Virus record (IMG/VR): IMGVR_UViG_3300048586_000467
Location: 1-62,952 of that record
DNA from: a virus
Lineage: Duplodnaviria; Caudoviricetes
Length of the DNA: 62,952 nt
Strand: one strand, 5' to 3'
The translations under genes were made by a program, and so were the position numbers. Each line of letters begins with the position of its first letter. The stretch's first letter is position 1. The notes under the pieces are model-generated. The model did not search any database, had not been told where the DNA came from, and was given only the letters and a program-made list of their open reading frames with translations. Shown here one piece after another: positions 46,030 through 56,043 of the stretch.

Positions 46030-46272
46030 ATGAAAGTGCGCCAGTTGAGAGCGTTGCGGCAAAAAGCCAAGGACCTCGGCATGGAGCTTGTGACCGTCAA
46101 TGGGGTCACAGACGACTTCACTTATAACCTCGCCGAGCGATGCATTGACGAGCTTTATGACCGACTGAAAGGGACCGAGGATGATCAAGGTGTCACCGGT
46201 GTTCCGCTCGCAGGCGTCATGATCTCAGCAAAGATATTGCCTTCAGGCCTGAAGGACAGGCCCCAGGCATAA
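46030..46272 (+). CDS. Hypothetical protein
   Basis: AAGGT RBS, ends before terminator. Confidence 0.55.
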   Translation: MKVRQLRALRQKAKDLGMELVTVNGVTDDFTYNLAERCIDELYDRLKGTEDDQGVTGVPLAGVMISAKILPSGLKDRPQA

Positions 46273-46281
46273 CCCTAAAGC

Positions 46282-46317
46282 AAACGCCCCGACGATAAGC
46301 CGGGGCGTTTTTATTTG
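46282..46317. terminator. Terminator between convergent operons
   Basis: AAACGCCCCG…CGGGGCGTTTTT. Confidence 0.8.
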
Positions 46318-47816
46318 AGGACGGACTGGAAGCGGTCGATGAGCGTCTCGGTGTCCAGGTCTGGATAGTCCCGTTCGAACAGGCTTCGGATGGCGACCTG
46401 GAACAGGGTAGCGCTGCCATTCTTCCGCCGGGTCACCATCTCCCGCCGGACCAGATCCGGCAGGAAACGGACAATCGTCGTTTCGCTATAGCCCGTGAAT
46501 CGGGCCAGCTCGCGTGGGCTGAAGCTCATGTTCTCGTGGTCGACCAGATACGCCAGCCACATCCGATACTGGCGCTGCAGGCTGCCCACGTACTCGAGTA
46601 ACCCGCTGAAGCCGCGCTCCTGCTTCCGGATCGCGCGGGCCGTGGCGGCGGGGCTGCGATACGGCGATTCGACCAGTTCAGGAATGGGGTCTGGCTGCTG
46701 CTCAAACAATGGGGCAGGGGATTGCCAGAGCGGGTTCTGATGAACACGCACATCCAGCGCGCCGTTGACCGCCAGCGGAATGCCCGCAACCTGCTGCTGA
46801 GTCAGCCGCTGCACTTCGTTACGCAGGTCATCCCGCTCGCCGTAGGCCTGCGCCAGCGCCGTTTCAAGTTCCTCGACCTTCGTTTCCAGCTGCGAGATCT
46901 GCTGATGCAACCCGTCGACGTCCGGCGAGGCTTCCTCATCGATGTCGGCTTTCGGCTTCATCGACGACAGCTTGTCCAGCGCTGCCAGAATGGCCTCGTC
47001 AATCGCGCGGATCGGCGCGCCGGTGACATCGGTCACGACTTCCGCGGGTACTGCCTCATGCCGCCGCACCTGCACCGTCCGGTAGTCATCGTCGCCGATG
47101 AACCGGTCTTCCGCCAGGATCAGCGCCTGCCCGGTCTTCAGCTTGCGCATCATGCCGTTCAGCTCCCGCTCGGCGATGGGGAGCTGCTCGCGCAGGATCT
47201 TCGTGTCCACGCCAAAGCTGAGCCGGTGGGCGATCAGAAGCGTGGCCTGAGTCAGGAAGTCCTTGACGATGCTGGCCGCGCGCTGGGTGGCCACCATCGT
47301 CGTCAGCGACTTGTGGCGACCACGCTTCGCCATGTCGATGATGAGCGGGCGCAGGCGGGTGGTGTCTGCCTGGGGCGCGTAGAGCTGCGCCTCGTCGATG
47401 ATCAGGGCGTACGGCGCCGGGGTTTCGATGTTGAACATGTCTCCCCACAGCGCCCGCAGATAGAGCGACAGAATGTCCTCGGCTTCATCGTCCTGGTAGA
47501 GACTCATGTCCAGAACGATGGAAATGCGTTCGTTCAGGCTGAGGCGTGCCAGCTCTGCCGCGTTCGCTTCGGACAGGACGACGTGGGCAGACTTGCGGCG
47601 GCCGGCCAGGATGACCGGCGCCGACTGGGGCAGAGTGATCGCGGCCGCCATCGGGTCGATGAATGTGAATGGCTGGCCCGCAGCGTTCCATTCGCTCGCC
47701 ATGACGAGCAGCGTATTGGTCTTCCCGCTGCCGGACTTTCCGATCAGGGCAATGCGTTGTCCGATGGCGTTTGCCAGATCGACCTTCAGCCCATCGGCGA
47801 TGTTGAGGACGTGCAT
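46311..47816 (-). CDS. HerA/DUF87-like ATPase with coiled coil and C-terminal wHTH
   Basis: GKSGSGKT, IDP, IIDEAQ, RGR, ATQR. Confidence 0.8.
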   Translation of the reverse strand: MHVLNIADGLKVDLANAIGQRIALIGKSGSGKTNTLLVMASEWNAAGQPFTFIDPMAAAITLPQSAPVILAGRRKSAHVVLSEANAAELARLSLNERISIVLDMSLYQDDEAEDILSLYLRALWGDMFNIETPAPYALIIDEAQLYAPQADTTRLRPLIIDMAKRGRHKSLTTMVATQRAASIVKDFLTQATLLIAHRLSFGVDTKILREQLPIAERELNGMMRKLKTGQALILAEDRFIGDDDYRTVQVRRHEAVPAEVVTDVTGAPIRAIDEAILAALDKLSSMKPKADIDEEASPDVDGLHQQISQLETKVEELETALAQAYGERDDLRNEVQRLTQQQVAGIPLAVNGALDVRVHQNPLWQSPAPLFEQQPDPIPELVESPYRSPAATARAIRKQERGFSGLLEYVGSLQRQYRMWLAYLVDHENMSFSPRELARFTGYSETTIVRFLPDLVRREMVTRRKNGSATLFQVAIRSLFERDYPDLDTETLIDRFQSVLK

Positions 47817-47824
47817 CGATCCCC

Positions 47825-48598
47825 CTACCCTCCTTTGACAGCGCGCTTGATTTCCGCAGCCAGGCGCTCAAACTGACGTGCAGCTTCAAGCATCTCCTGC
47901 TGTTGTTTCGAATCCATCTTTTTTAGATCGTTTTGTGACATTATACGTGCTAAACGCACGGCTTTATTAAAAACTCGCCGTTCCTTTTTGGATACCAGTG
48001 GCAGTTCGCCACCTGGCGTCAGATCAGGCACCGACGGGGCGGGGCCGGGCAGCACCCCGTTTGGAATACCATCAGGATATTCCTGGATCATGGCTTCGAG
48101 CCGACGTTTGGACCACTGCTGCCGCTCTGCCCAATCCAGCCAGTAGACCTGCCACTCTGGTTCCAGCGGCGCCACAGCGACGTGATGCGTGAAGTCCAGT
48201 TTTTCACGCCGGCGTGAAATTTCGACCCGCTTCGCCACCGACCCCCAGTTATACAGTGTGCCTATCGACTTGCGGATAATCTCGGCGGCCTCATCGTAAC
48301 TCTTGCCGTGAACCCGCTCGCCGCTGATGAGCCAGTCTGCGACCAGCCAGACCCACGCCTTATTGACGTTACTGAAGTAGATACCTAGATGCTCCCACTC
48401 ATCGGCTGTTGCGCCATTGTCGATCAGGCCAACGCTGGTAAGTTTGTAATTTCCGACGACGAGGGTCCCATCGGCCTCGACGACCGACTTGATACCCGCA
48501 TCCCCCAATTGTTTATTGATCAGCCCCAGGGTGCTCTGGGCCATCCGCTGCTGAGCGGACGCCAGAGGATTTATCGGCTCGCGCTTTGTTCCAGCCAT
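47825..48598 (-). CDS. LmbU-like DNA-binding protein (candidate ParA partner)
   Basis: WLVADWL…GTLYNW..VA…SRRR..L.F.HH..VA.L…Q..WL..A…WS. Confidence 0.7.
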   Translation of the reverse strand: MAGTKREPINPLASAQQRMAQSTLGLINKQLGDAGIKSVVEADGTLVVGNYKLTSVGLIDNGATADEWEHLGIYFSNVNKAWVWLVADWLISGERVHGKSYDEAAEIIRKSIGTLYNWGSVAKRVEISRRREKLDFTHHVAVAPLEPEWQVYWLDWAERQQWSKRRLEAMIQEYPDGIPNGVLPGPAPSVPDLTPGGELPLVSKKERRVFNKAVRLARIMSQNDLKKMDSKQQQEMLEAARQFERLAAEIKRAVKGG

Positions 48599-49545
48599 GC
48601 CAGAACCTCTCTTTCAAATTGATGTGCCGTCATGACCACTTCACGAGCCTCGGGCGTGCGCGTCGACAGCGCCCTGATCGTCTGACCGTACTTTGCCATC
48701 TTGGGGTAGGTCTTCAGAAGCCGCACCGGTTCCCACACCATGGAGCCGAACGTCTTCCGTAGTTCGATCAGGTTTTCCGTATGTTCCTTGAGGCTGCGAA
48801 ACTTATTGGGGATGATTCCCAAGACGCGGTTTGGGGTGCGGCCACGCTGCTGGCGCCGGAGGCTGGCATTCTCGACCTGCTGGAACACATCGGACAGGGC
48901 AAACAAGCTGAGGGCTTCCAACTCAGTGACGTAGACGAATGCGTTCATCGCTTCGTAGATCACACCGTCGAACAAATTCATGCTGGGGCCAGTATCAATC
49001 AGGATGACGCTCAGGCGATATTTCTCTGTCATATCCTGGAGCAGGGCTTCGAACTTGGTCTCGTCGGCCAGCAGCCACGGAATTTGAAACGTGTTCGGCC
49101 CGGCCGGTAGGGCATAGATGTTTCCTGGCTGGATCGGAGGTGCATCATCCGGTGCCTGAACTACCTCGCCACTGTCATTGATCAAAGCGAGCGGAGCCAG
49201 ATAACTATCCAGTGGCACCTGGCGAACGTGCTCTTCCAGTGGGAGAAGAAGGAAGTGCGGGTCATCGGGCGTCCCGCCATCAGGAATACCGATCAGCGCG
49301 TGAAACAGGCCGTCCTCCTGTTCCAGCCCGAGCAAGCGCGCCGCATGGGAACCGCCCTGCGAGTCGGTGTCGACGATGCCAACGTTGTGGCCGCGCAGGG
49401 CCAGCTCGCCGGCCAGGTTGACGAGGTTCGACGATTTACCAGGCCCACCTTTACGATTGACGAACGCCACCCGAATGCAGATGTTGTGATCGATCATGTA
49501 AGGCGCGATCAACCCATCCGTCAGCCAAGTCCAATCAGTTTGCAT
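48571..49545 (-). CDS. parA: ParA-family ATPase
   Basis: NRKGGPGKS deviant Walker A, VDTDSQG, IDTGP. Confidence 0.9.
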   Translation of the reverse strand: MQTDWTWLTDGLIAPYMIDHNICIRVAFVNRKGGPGKSSNLVNLAGELALRGHNVGIVDTDSQGGSHAARLLGLEQEDGLFHALIGIPDGGTPDDPHFLLLPLEEHVRQVPLDSYLAPLALINDSGEVVQAPDDAPPIQPGNIYALPAGPNTFQIPWLLADETKFEALLQDMTEKYRLSVILIDTGPSMNLFDGVIYEAMNAFVYVTELEALSLFALSDVFQQVENASLRRQQRGRTPNRVLGIIPNKFRSLKEHTENLIELRKTFGSMVWEPVRLLKTYPKMAKYGQTIRALSTRTPEAREVVMTAHQFEREVLAWLEQSASR

Positions 49546-50434
49546 GACTCACCTTTCCGGGTTCCCATTCCGCAAACAGGCGCTTGAGGCCCTGCAGGTC
49601 GTCGGTGTGCAGCGTCTTCAGCAACGTCTTAAAACTACGCTCCGGATCCCCGCCATACAGGTTAACGACATGGATTGTTCCTGCTGACACAGCACCCCGG
49701 CGATGCTCCTGCATCCGTTCATCCAGATACCGGCGCAGGTCGACCGCCTTGGCCTTTGCGATCGCAATCGCTGGGCCGTCGACGAACTGAAGAAAGCCGC
49801 TGGCGACGATCTCGAAGTAGCTGTCCCGTCCCTGTTTGAACAGGCGATTCAACTCCTGAATAATTGCTCGATCCTCGATCTGGAGCCGGAGCATTTCGTA
49901 ACGCACTTTCGGCTCACAACCTTCGAGGGCCGTCACCACTTCCAGTGCTTTGGCGGGAGTCAGCCTTCCCTCATTCATCCGCTGAATCACAGGTGATACC
50001 CGGCTCTGCCGCACCTGGTGACGCAGCTTTTCGTCAGCCACCTGCGCACCGGTGGGCTGCTGGCCGCCCGCCTGCTCAACCGCACCAACCCAGACCTTAA
50101 TCTGTTCCTCGGCTGACAGGGTGGCAATCGAACGGACCTGCGACTCGTTAACCGGCAGCAGCGGAACAATCGTTCCGGCCTGCTGAAGAGTCGTCGCGGT
50201 CGCAGATGCCGCGCTCAGCTGACGCATCCGTCGCCAAGTCTTGCCCCACCGCTCCAGGCAATAGTCCTCGAATGAGGTGTGCGTTTCGCGATAAAGTCGC
50301 AGGTCACGAATCTCAATCAGCGCTTCGATGGCCTCGTCCATCCCGGCGAGAGTCTTCTCGATTTTGCATTCATGTTCTCGAAGTCGTAGTCGTTCGTCCT
50401 CCGAGAGACTATCAACAACGAGATCCCGGTTCAT
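49535..50434 (-). CDS. Hypothetical helical DNA-binding protein
   Basis: LIEIRDLRLYRETH.SFEDYC.ERW and NESQVR motifs typical of phage proteins. Confidence 0.65.
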   Translation of the reverse strand: MNRDLVVDSLSEDERLRLREHECKIEKTLAGMDEAIEALIEIRDLRLYRETHTSFEDYCLERWGKTWRRMRQLSAASATATTLQQAGTIVPLLPVNESQVRSIATLSAEEQIKVWVGAVEQAGGQQPTGAQVADEKLRHQVRQSRVSPVIQRMNEGRLTPAKALEVVTALEGCEPKVRYEMLRLQIEDRAIIQELNRLFKQGRDSYFEIVASGFLQFVDGPAIAIAKAKAVDLRRYLDERMQEHRRGAVSAGTIHVVNLYGGDPERSFKTLLKTLHTDDLQGLKRLFAEWEPGKVSHAN

Positions 50435-50667
50435 GACGACGGTTCCCGTTCAAGATAGATGAGTTCACCAACCTCACATTCGAGCCATTCGCAAATGACT
50501 CGAACAGTCTTCATCGAAGCGCCTTCGATGTCGCCCTTCATCAGACGGCTGATGCTGGAAGGCGACAACCCGGTTGCGTTTGCAATCTCGGCTTGTGTGT
50601 AGCGCTTGTTGTCACGGATCTCTTTTTTCGCAACAAGCACCGCGAATCGGCTCATCAACTTCGACAT
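50431..50667 (-). CDS. XRE/Cro-C1 repressor
   Basis: TQAEIANATGLSPSSISRL…ICEWLECEVGELI. Confidence 0.85.
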   Translation of the reverse strand: MSKLMSRFAVLVAKKEIRDNKRYTQAEIANATGLSPSSISRLMKGDIEGASMKTVRVICEWLECEVGELIYLEREPSS

Positions 50668-50733
50668 CTCCTGTTTTCCGCCTCTTATGCATAGAATAGC
50701 GTAAAATTGCGTATATGGCAAGAATTTTCTTGC

Positions 50734-50764
50734 GTTGACATTTCCTTTCATCACATGGTACAAT
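50734..50764 (+). promoter_or_regulatory. Rightward early promoter
   Basis: TTGACA-18-(TG)TACAAT, divergent from repressor. Confidence 0.65.
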
Positions 50765-50972
50765 TTATTGTGTACAGGTTAATCATACCACAAGCCCGTG
50801 AATGGATTGGTACGGTAAATAGCTGTGATTGAAATACTTCGTAACGACCCCTATACTAGCGCCATGAGTATCGATAAGTCTGACTTATGGTGTCTTATGG
50901 TGTCTTATGCCACAAGTCCCACCACGCTCGAAAGCGCGTACAATCTGCCTCTCATCGCGAAAGAGAGGCAAG

Positions 50973-51200
50973 ATGGCACAAGACGAGATTACGACGCCTC
51001 GCCGGGAATGGCCGCGCGTGCCGATTCCACCAGAGCTATTCGATTTGGTCGTGACAATGGGGCGGTCGCAGCGGATCACCGAGCGCGACCTTTACCTGTT
51101 CATCTTCCTGGCTTTGAAGCGAGGCTACCCGGACGAGTACGCCAAATTCCGGGAACACTTCAATCTCGCACCCTTCGAGGACGCGACCAAGACCGACTAA
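50973..51200 (+). CDS. Small RHH-like regulator in Cro position
   Basis: GAGG RBS; PRVPIPPELFDLVV…; followed by hairpin 51213-51265. Confidence 0.55.
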   Translation: MAQDEITTPRREWPRVPIPPELFDLVVTMGRSQRITERDLYLFIFLALKRGYPDEYAKFREHFNLAPFEDATKTD

Positions 51201-51363
51201 CCGCTATCGATTCGAAATCCCAAACGGCTCACGATGCTCGCCATCGTGGGCCGTTTTGCGTTTCGAATGGGTTAGAAAGGATGGAATCGCGTACGAACAG
51301 ATCAGCATTACTTGTGTTTGTTACCTGGTTCGATAGTAGAATGGATGTTCTAGGAGGAAGGCC

Positions 51364-51849
51364 ATGTTCGCAAAGACCAATCGACAACCCGCGTGGCGTA
51401 ACCGAGGCTATTCCAGTGCCGCGGAGGCTCGTCAGGAGCGGCGCTCGATGTACGGCACCAACAGCAATCGCCAGCGCAGTCGCTATCATGACGAAGGTCT
51501 CGCCGTCGGCTTTTCGCCACCGACCGCCGAGGACATGCTGCGCCTGAGTCGTTATTGGGCAACGGAAACCCGTCTGCATGACATTGGTGATGTGGTCCCC
51601 GTTGTCTACCTCGGCAGCGTTCTGGAAGTGACCATCAAGGACGCCTTCGCCAACCCCAGCGGCGAATGGATCTATGGCACCGACAGCTACAGTGTTCGTG
51701 AGATCAGCCAGAAGGCGCTCGTCGAACAGGTCCTGCCGTTGAACTACGTGGCTGAGCAGCTCGCCCGCGAGCGGACCCAGATCCTCGCCTTGAAGCGCGG
51801 CAGCCGCCGTCGCGATACGCGCCGAATCAATCAGGCCCTACCTGGTTAA
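51364..51849 (+). CDS. Hypothetical protein
   Basis: AGGAGG RBS; LexA-like box at 51337-51352. Confidence 0.7.
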   Translation: MFAKTNRQPAWRNRGYSSAAEARQERRSMYGTNSNRQRSRYHDEGLAVGFSPPTAEDMLRLSRYWATETRLHDIGDVVPVVYLGSVLEVTIKDAFANPSGEWIYGTDSYSVREISQKALVEQVLPLNYVAEQLARERTQILALKRGSRRRDTRRINQALPG

Positions 51850-51926
51850 GGGTAGGGCCCATTTGGGACTTCAGGACAGGGTGGGCTTAGCTGGCAACAC
51901 CCTCTCCTAGCCACGGAGTATAACAC

Positions 51927-53201
51927 ATGGCACTTACTATGAACGACGTTCCCTCGACTTCGGTCATCCAGGTCATGAAAGAGATCTGGACGGCAACATC
52001 CGCATCGCGCTTTGTCGCCGGGTTGTTTCCGGGCACGGCGAACGAGCGCAATGCGGACGCCCTGTATGTCATGATGCTCGGTCTGGAAGTCGGCCTGCCG
52101 GCGGCGATGGCGCTCAGGGCCATTCGCCTGGACGCTGGTCAGGCCTGTATTTCGCCGCGCACCGCACTCTACATTCTAGTCAAGGCGGGGTTCGAGGTTG
52201 TGATGCCGGACCCCGCAACATTGGACGCGGAGTCGGTCGTCAAGATCAGGCGACCGAGCAGCGCAGAATACCGCAGTTACAAATGTCCAATAGCCGACGA
52301 CAAAGAGACGGCAATCTGGGCCGCCGTCGCCAGCGCCGCTCGTCTCGAAGCCGTCGACTACCTGGGCGGCCTGCATATTGTTATGCCGGCTGTCAACCCA
52401 TCGGCACCCGCAGTGCAGGCACATAGCAACGGCGACCCTGCTTCGACGAGCAGTGAAGACGATGCGGATGAAGACAAGGCGCGTGAGGATAGCGGGCCGA
52501 AGCCGTGGCCTCAGACTGAAGCCTGGGGCATTTTCAAGGACTGGCTGCACAAGCTTGGTCTGTCGGTGGATGACGCCAGAGTGTTGGCCGGACTAGAACC
52601 CAACGAAAGCTGGGCCGCCCGCTACCCGACCGCCAAGGAAGCTTGCGTCGTCATCGACGAACGCCGCAAGCAGCCCGCTACGCCGAAAAAAGCGTGGGTG
52701 CCGGAAGTCATCGAGACCGCCAAGCATGTCTACCAGCTCGACCCGGAAAGCATGTTGAAGATCCTCGGCAAGAAGAGCTTCAACGACTTCCCGGACAAGG
52801 CGGCTGCTGAAAACACCATGCACCGCACGGCGGTTGAGCGTCAGCTCCCGGTCGTATCAGATCGGGTTACCTACAGCAACTACGGCAAGAACGGTAAGGC
52901 AATTGAGTTTGAGACACCGGGGATCATCCTGCGTCTGCCCGGTGGTCGCGAGGCCATTGTTCAGAAGCTGGGTGATGACGGCAAGGTGTTCTATGACGAG
53001 AACGGACTGACAGTCTGGGAAACGGGTCAACAGTACGATATCGACCCAGTCAAGATCGTCTGGTCGAAAAACCAGAAGGGGGTGATCACTATTGAGTCGA
53101 TCACCCTGGTTACGCCCTATGCAGCTTACGACGAGCAGGCTACTGATGACAAACCGATTGACCTGGCGAAGGAATTTCCACGGGAACCGGTTAAAGCCTA
53201 G
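51927..53201 (+). CDS. Putative RecT-like ssDNA-annealing protein
   Basis: MMLGLEVGLP..MAL..I pattern; upstream of replication genes. Confidence 0.5.
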   Translation: MALTMNDVPSTSVIQVMKEIWTATSASRFVAGLFPGTANERNADALYVMMLGLEVGLPAAMALRAIRLDAGQACISPRTALYILVKAGFEVVMPDPATLDAESVVKIRRPSSAEYRSYKCPIADDKETAIWAAVASAARLEAVDYLGGLHIVMPAVNPSAPAVQAHSNGDPASTSSEDDADEDKAREDSGPKPWPQTEAWGIFKDWLHKLGLSVDDARVLAGLEPNESWAARYPTAKEACVVIDERRKQPATPKKAWVPEVIETAKHVYQLDPESMLKILGKKSFNDFPDKAAAENTMHRTAVERQLPVVSDRVTYSNYGKNGKAIEFETPGIILRLPGGREAIVQKLGDDGKVFYDENGLTVWETGQQYDIDPVKIVWSKNQKGVITIESITLVTPYAAYDEQATDDKPIDLAKEFPREPVKA

Positions 53202-53392
53202 GAGACTTGCCCATCTGGGCTTGACACGGGATTACGATGGAGAGAGAAGGCGAAACGCCGATAGGATGAGGCGATTTCGCTAGGCTACCAGAAACGGAGG
53301 CGGGCCAGGTGTGGAAGACCTGGCCCGCCTGAAATCCCTTTTCGTAGGAGGCCTCCAGCATAACACGCCCGGCCGGGTTATGCCATTAAGGG

Positions 53393-54532
53393 TTGCTAAA
53401 TATGACGATGCCAATATTCCTCGAACTTCTCGCTGAAGATAAGTCAGTTATTTCTTATCGGAAGCGGTTCGCCATGGCGCTGGACAGCGCGATGGCTGCG
53501 TTATTACTCCAACAAATGATTCACCTGTGGAAGCTCAAGGGCAGGCGGCCCTTCTACAAATTCCGCCTGCCGTGCCAGCATGCACTGTACGAACCCGACG
53601 ATTCCTGGGTCGAGGAAATGGAGTGGAGCAAGAACGAGTTCGACTCTGCTCTAAAAGTCATTGGTACGAAGATCGTCCGGGGCGTCAGCAAGAGCGATAT
53701 GCTGGCAACCGAGTTTCCAGAGCGGAAGACTGGCGAGGCGGATAGCTCGTACTATGACCGTCTCCAGGTTGCTTTTAGCCGCCTTGTCATTTATTGGACG
53801 GACAGCAATCGCCTGACGTGGTATCAGGTGAATGAGGATTTACTAGGTAAATTCATAAACCGGATTTACCTAGATAAATCTGTAACCCTGCGTTACCTAA
53901 AAAGCCAGCTTCCCGGCACTATCCAGAAAAATCAGGAATCGGGAAATACCTCGAATCCAGAGACTCTTTCAGAGACATCTACAGAGACAAAAGACTCGGC
54001 GCGCTGTTCGCGCGCAGATGTTGAAGCCTCTTTTTTGATGCCAATGCCAAAAGGCTACAGCAGGACTTTGCGGTTGACCGTGCTGCTTCCTAGCCTGCTC
54101 GCTCTGCTTCAGCGGGAGTTGACAGAAGTTGAGATGCAGGCTGCTGAAGCAGAGCGCAAAGCAGTGCAGGACGAGGCGATTGTCGCCAACATCAAGGCGT
54201 GGCTCGAAGCAACCAAAAACCTCGACCCCAATGCATACAAGAATAAAACTTACCGCTCGTACGCAAAAGCTCTGCATGAAGCTGGCTGCACAGCCGAAGA
54301 CATCAAGGCCTTTGTGAACGACCGGATGCAGGAAGAATTCTGGCGCAAGGCAGGCGTGTCGCTTCAAGTCATCGTCAAAGACATCCAGCGCTGGAGGGAG
54401 AGCAAGGTTGATCATGCGCCGCCCCTGGCAGGTGATCTGGAAGACGACTTCGCTGAAAACCCGGAGGATCCTTACGTGGCGATGCCAAGTGCTGTTCGTG
54501 ATCTCTATGCTGCACTTGGGATACCCCAATAA
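53393..54532 (+). CDS. Replication initiator-like protein
   Basis: N-terminal wHTH-like part (AALLLQQ…FYKF…SW.EE), low-complexity linker, directly upstream of DnaB. Confidence 0.7.
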   Translation: MLNMTMPIFLELLAEDKSVISYRKRFAMALDSAMAALLLQQMIHLWKLKGRRPFYKFRLPCQHALYEPDDSWVEEMEWSKNEFDSALKVIGTKIVRGVSKSDMLATEFPERKTGEADSSYYDRLQVAFSRLVIYWTDSNRLTWYQVNEDLLGKFINRIYLDKSVTLRYLKSQLPGTIQKNQESGNTSNPETLSETSTETKDSARCSRADVEASFLMPMPKGYSRTLRLTVLLPSLLALLQRELTEVEMQAAEAERKAVQDEAIVANIKAWLEATKNLDPNAYKNKTYRSYAKALHEAGCTAEDIKAFVNDRMQEEFWRKAGVSLQVIVKDIQRWRESKVDHAPPLAGDLEDDFAENPEDPYVAMPSAVRDLYAALGIPQ

Positions 54533-55980
54533 TGGCTAAGCAGAAGGTGATTACAAGCAATTCGACGCCTTTGATTCTTTCAGGGCAGGTGCCGTACAGC
54601 CAGGAAGCGGAAGAGGCCGTGTTGGGGGCTGTGCTAGTCAACCCGGAGGTCGCATCCCAGGTTGCCAAGTTCCTCAATCCAGAGGATTTTTACATTCTCA
54701 GACACACATACATCTGGCAGGCAATTCTCGACATTCGCAGTCGTGGCGGAACGGTCGATTACCTCACCGTTGCCGAGGAATTGCGCAGTCAGGGACGGTT
54801 GACTGAAGTCGGAGGCCCGGCCTACCTGACCAACCTCATGAACAGTATGCCGACATCGATGCACGCGGAAGTCTACGGTCGCATCGTCGAGCGGGCTGCG
54901 ATTCGGCGCTACCTTATGGCGGCGGCTGACGAGATAAAGACCTGGGCGCTTGATGAGGAAATCCCTCTGGAGCGCGTCGTACAACAGTCGGATCAGGCGC
55001 TCTTCCAGCCCATCGCACGCTTCACCATGAATACCCGTGAAACGATGTTCGACGCCATTACCAATTACTTCAACCGGATCAGTGAGGCGAGTCGCAATCC
55101 CGATGAGGTGATGGGCCTGCCGTCGGGCCTGCGCGATCTAGATAAGCAGCTCAATGGCTTTATTCGCGGACTGGTGTACGTATTCGCTGCGGTGCCCGGC
55201 ATGGGTAAGACCGACCTGCTACTCAATTTTCTGGCAGCATCGATTGGCTTTGGTGCGAGCGTGCTCTTTCTCAGCCTGGAGCTGGAGCGCTGGCGGGTGC
55301 TTAACAAGTTGACGTCCATTATGACCGGCGTTGAACATGCACGATTGCTTCAAGGCAAACTGACCAGTAATGAGTGGGAAAAGGTCGCTCGTGCGCTGGC
55401 TTCGGTGAGTCGACCGGGTGTTGAGATCGAAGACTTTAACGACCAGGAAACGTCACTCGATAACATCAAGACCTTTGTCGATGCTTGGCGGGATCGGTAT
55501 GGGCTGGATCTGCTGCTGATCGACTATGCGGGGCTGATTACCACAGGTCAGAACAAATCAGAGTATGAAGAAGGTGTCTACGGCATTAAAAACCTGCGGA
55601 AGATGGCGCGGCGCTGGAATGTACCTGTCGTGGCGGCTGCGCAATTCAATGAATTTACGGTCAATAGTCGCCAGAACAAGCGGCCTCAAATGTCTGACCT
55701 GCGCTATGGCGGCGTTCGTGAGATTGACGTCCTGGGCGGCATCTATTTCGACAATTTCTACTCACCGCACGGACGTGTTCAAAGTCAGCCAGGGATCGCG
55801 GAAATTCATCTGCTGAAGAACCGTGATGCGCCGCGCAGTATCGTGGAAGTGTTCCGGGACGGGGCAATCGCAAAATTCAGTGATAGAAGCCCTAATGCCA
55901 GAGTGTCCTCGCCGCCGGTCCAGCACTACCTCGATGAGCTGGATGACCGCGCCTATGGCGAAACTGAGGACGACGAATAA
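54532..55980 (+). CDS. dnaB: Replicative helicase DnaB-like
   Basis: PYSQEAEEAVLG, PGMGKT, SLE, IDY, KRP.MSDLR, KNR. Confidence 0.92.
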   Translation: MAKQKVITSNSTPLILSGQVPYSQEAEEAVLGAVLVNPEVASQVAKFLNPEDFYILRHTYIWQAILDIRSRGGTVDYLTVAEELRSQGRLTEVGGPAYLTNLMNSMPTSMHAEVYGRIVERAAIRRYLMAAADEIKTWALDEEIPLERVVQQSDQALFQPIARFTMNTRETMFDAITNYFNRISEASRNPDEVMGLPSGLRDLDKQLNGFIRGLVYVFAAVPGMGKTDLLLNFLAASIGFGASVLFLSLELERWRVLNKLTSIMTGVEHARLLQGKLTSNEWEKVARALASVSRPGVEIEDFNDQETSLDNIKTFVDAWRDRYGLDLLLIDYAGLITTGQNKSEYEEGVYGIKNLRKMARRWNVPVVAAAQFNEFTVNSRQNKRPQMSDLRYGGVREIDVLGGIYFDNFYSPHGRVQSQPGIAEIHLLKNRDAPRSIVEVFRDGAIAKFSDRSPNARVSSPPVQHYLDELDDRAYGETEDDE

Positions 55981-55981
55981 C

Positions 55982-56032
55982 TTGACCTACCCAGAAAACA
56001 TATATACTATGTGTATACGGTATATGTTTTCT
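55982..56032 (+). promoter_or_regulatory. Promoter with operator palindrome
   Basis: TTGACC-17-TACTAT; AGAAAACATATA-N16-TATATGTTTTCT. Confidence 0.75.
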
Positions 56033-56043
56033 AAGGCGGCACA

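Noticed and set aside
46722-47876. 384-aa + strand ORF
   Set aside because: Antisense shadow of the HerA-like ATPase
50825-51547. 240-aa ORF across the Cro region
   Set aside because: Spans hairpin and regulatory DNA and overlaps better-supported ORFs with RBSs
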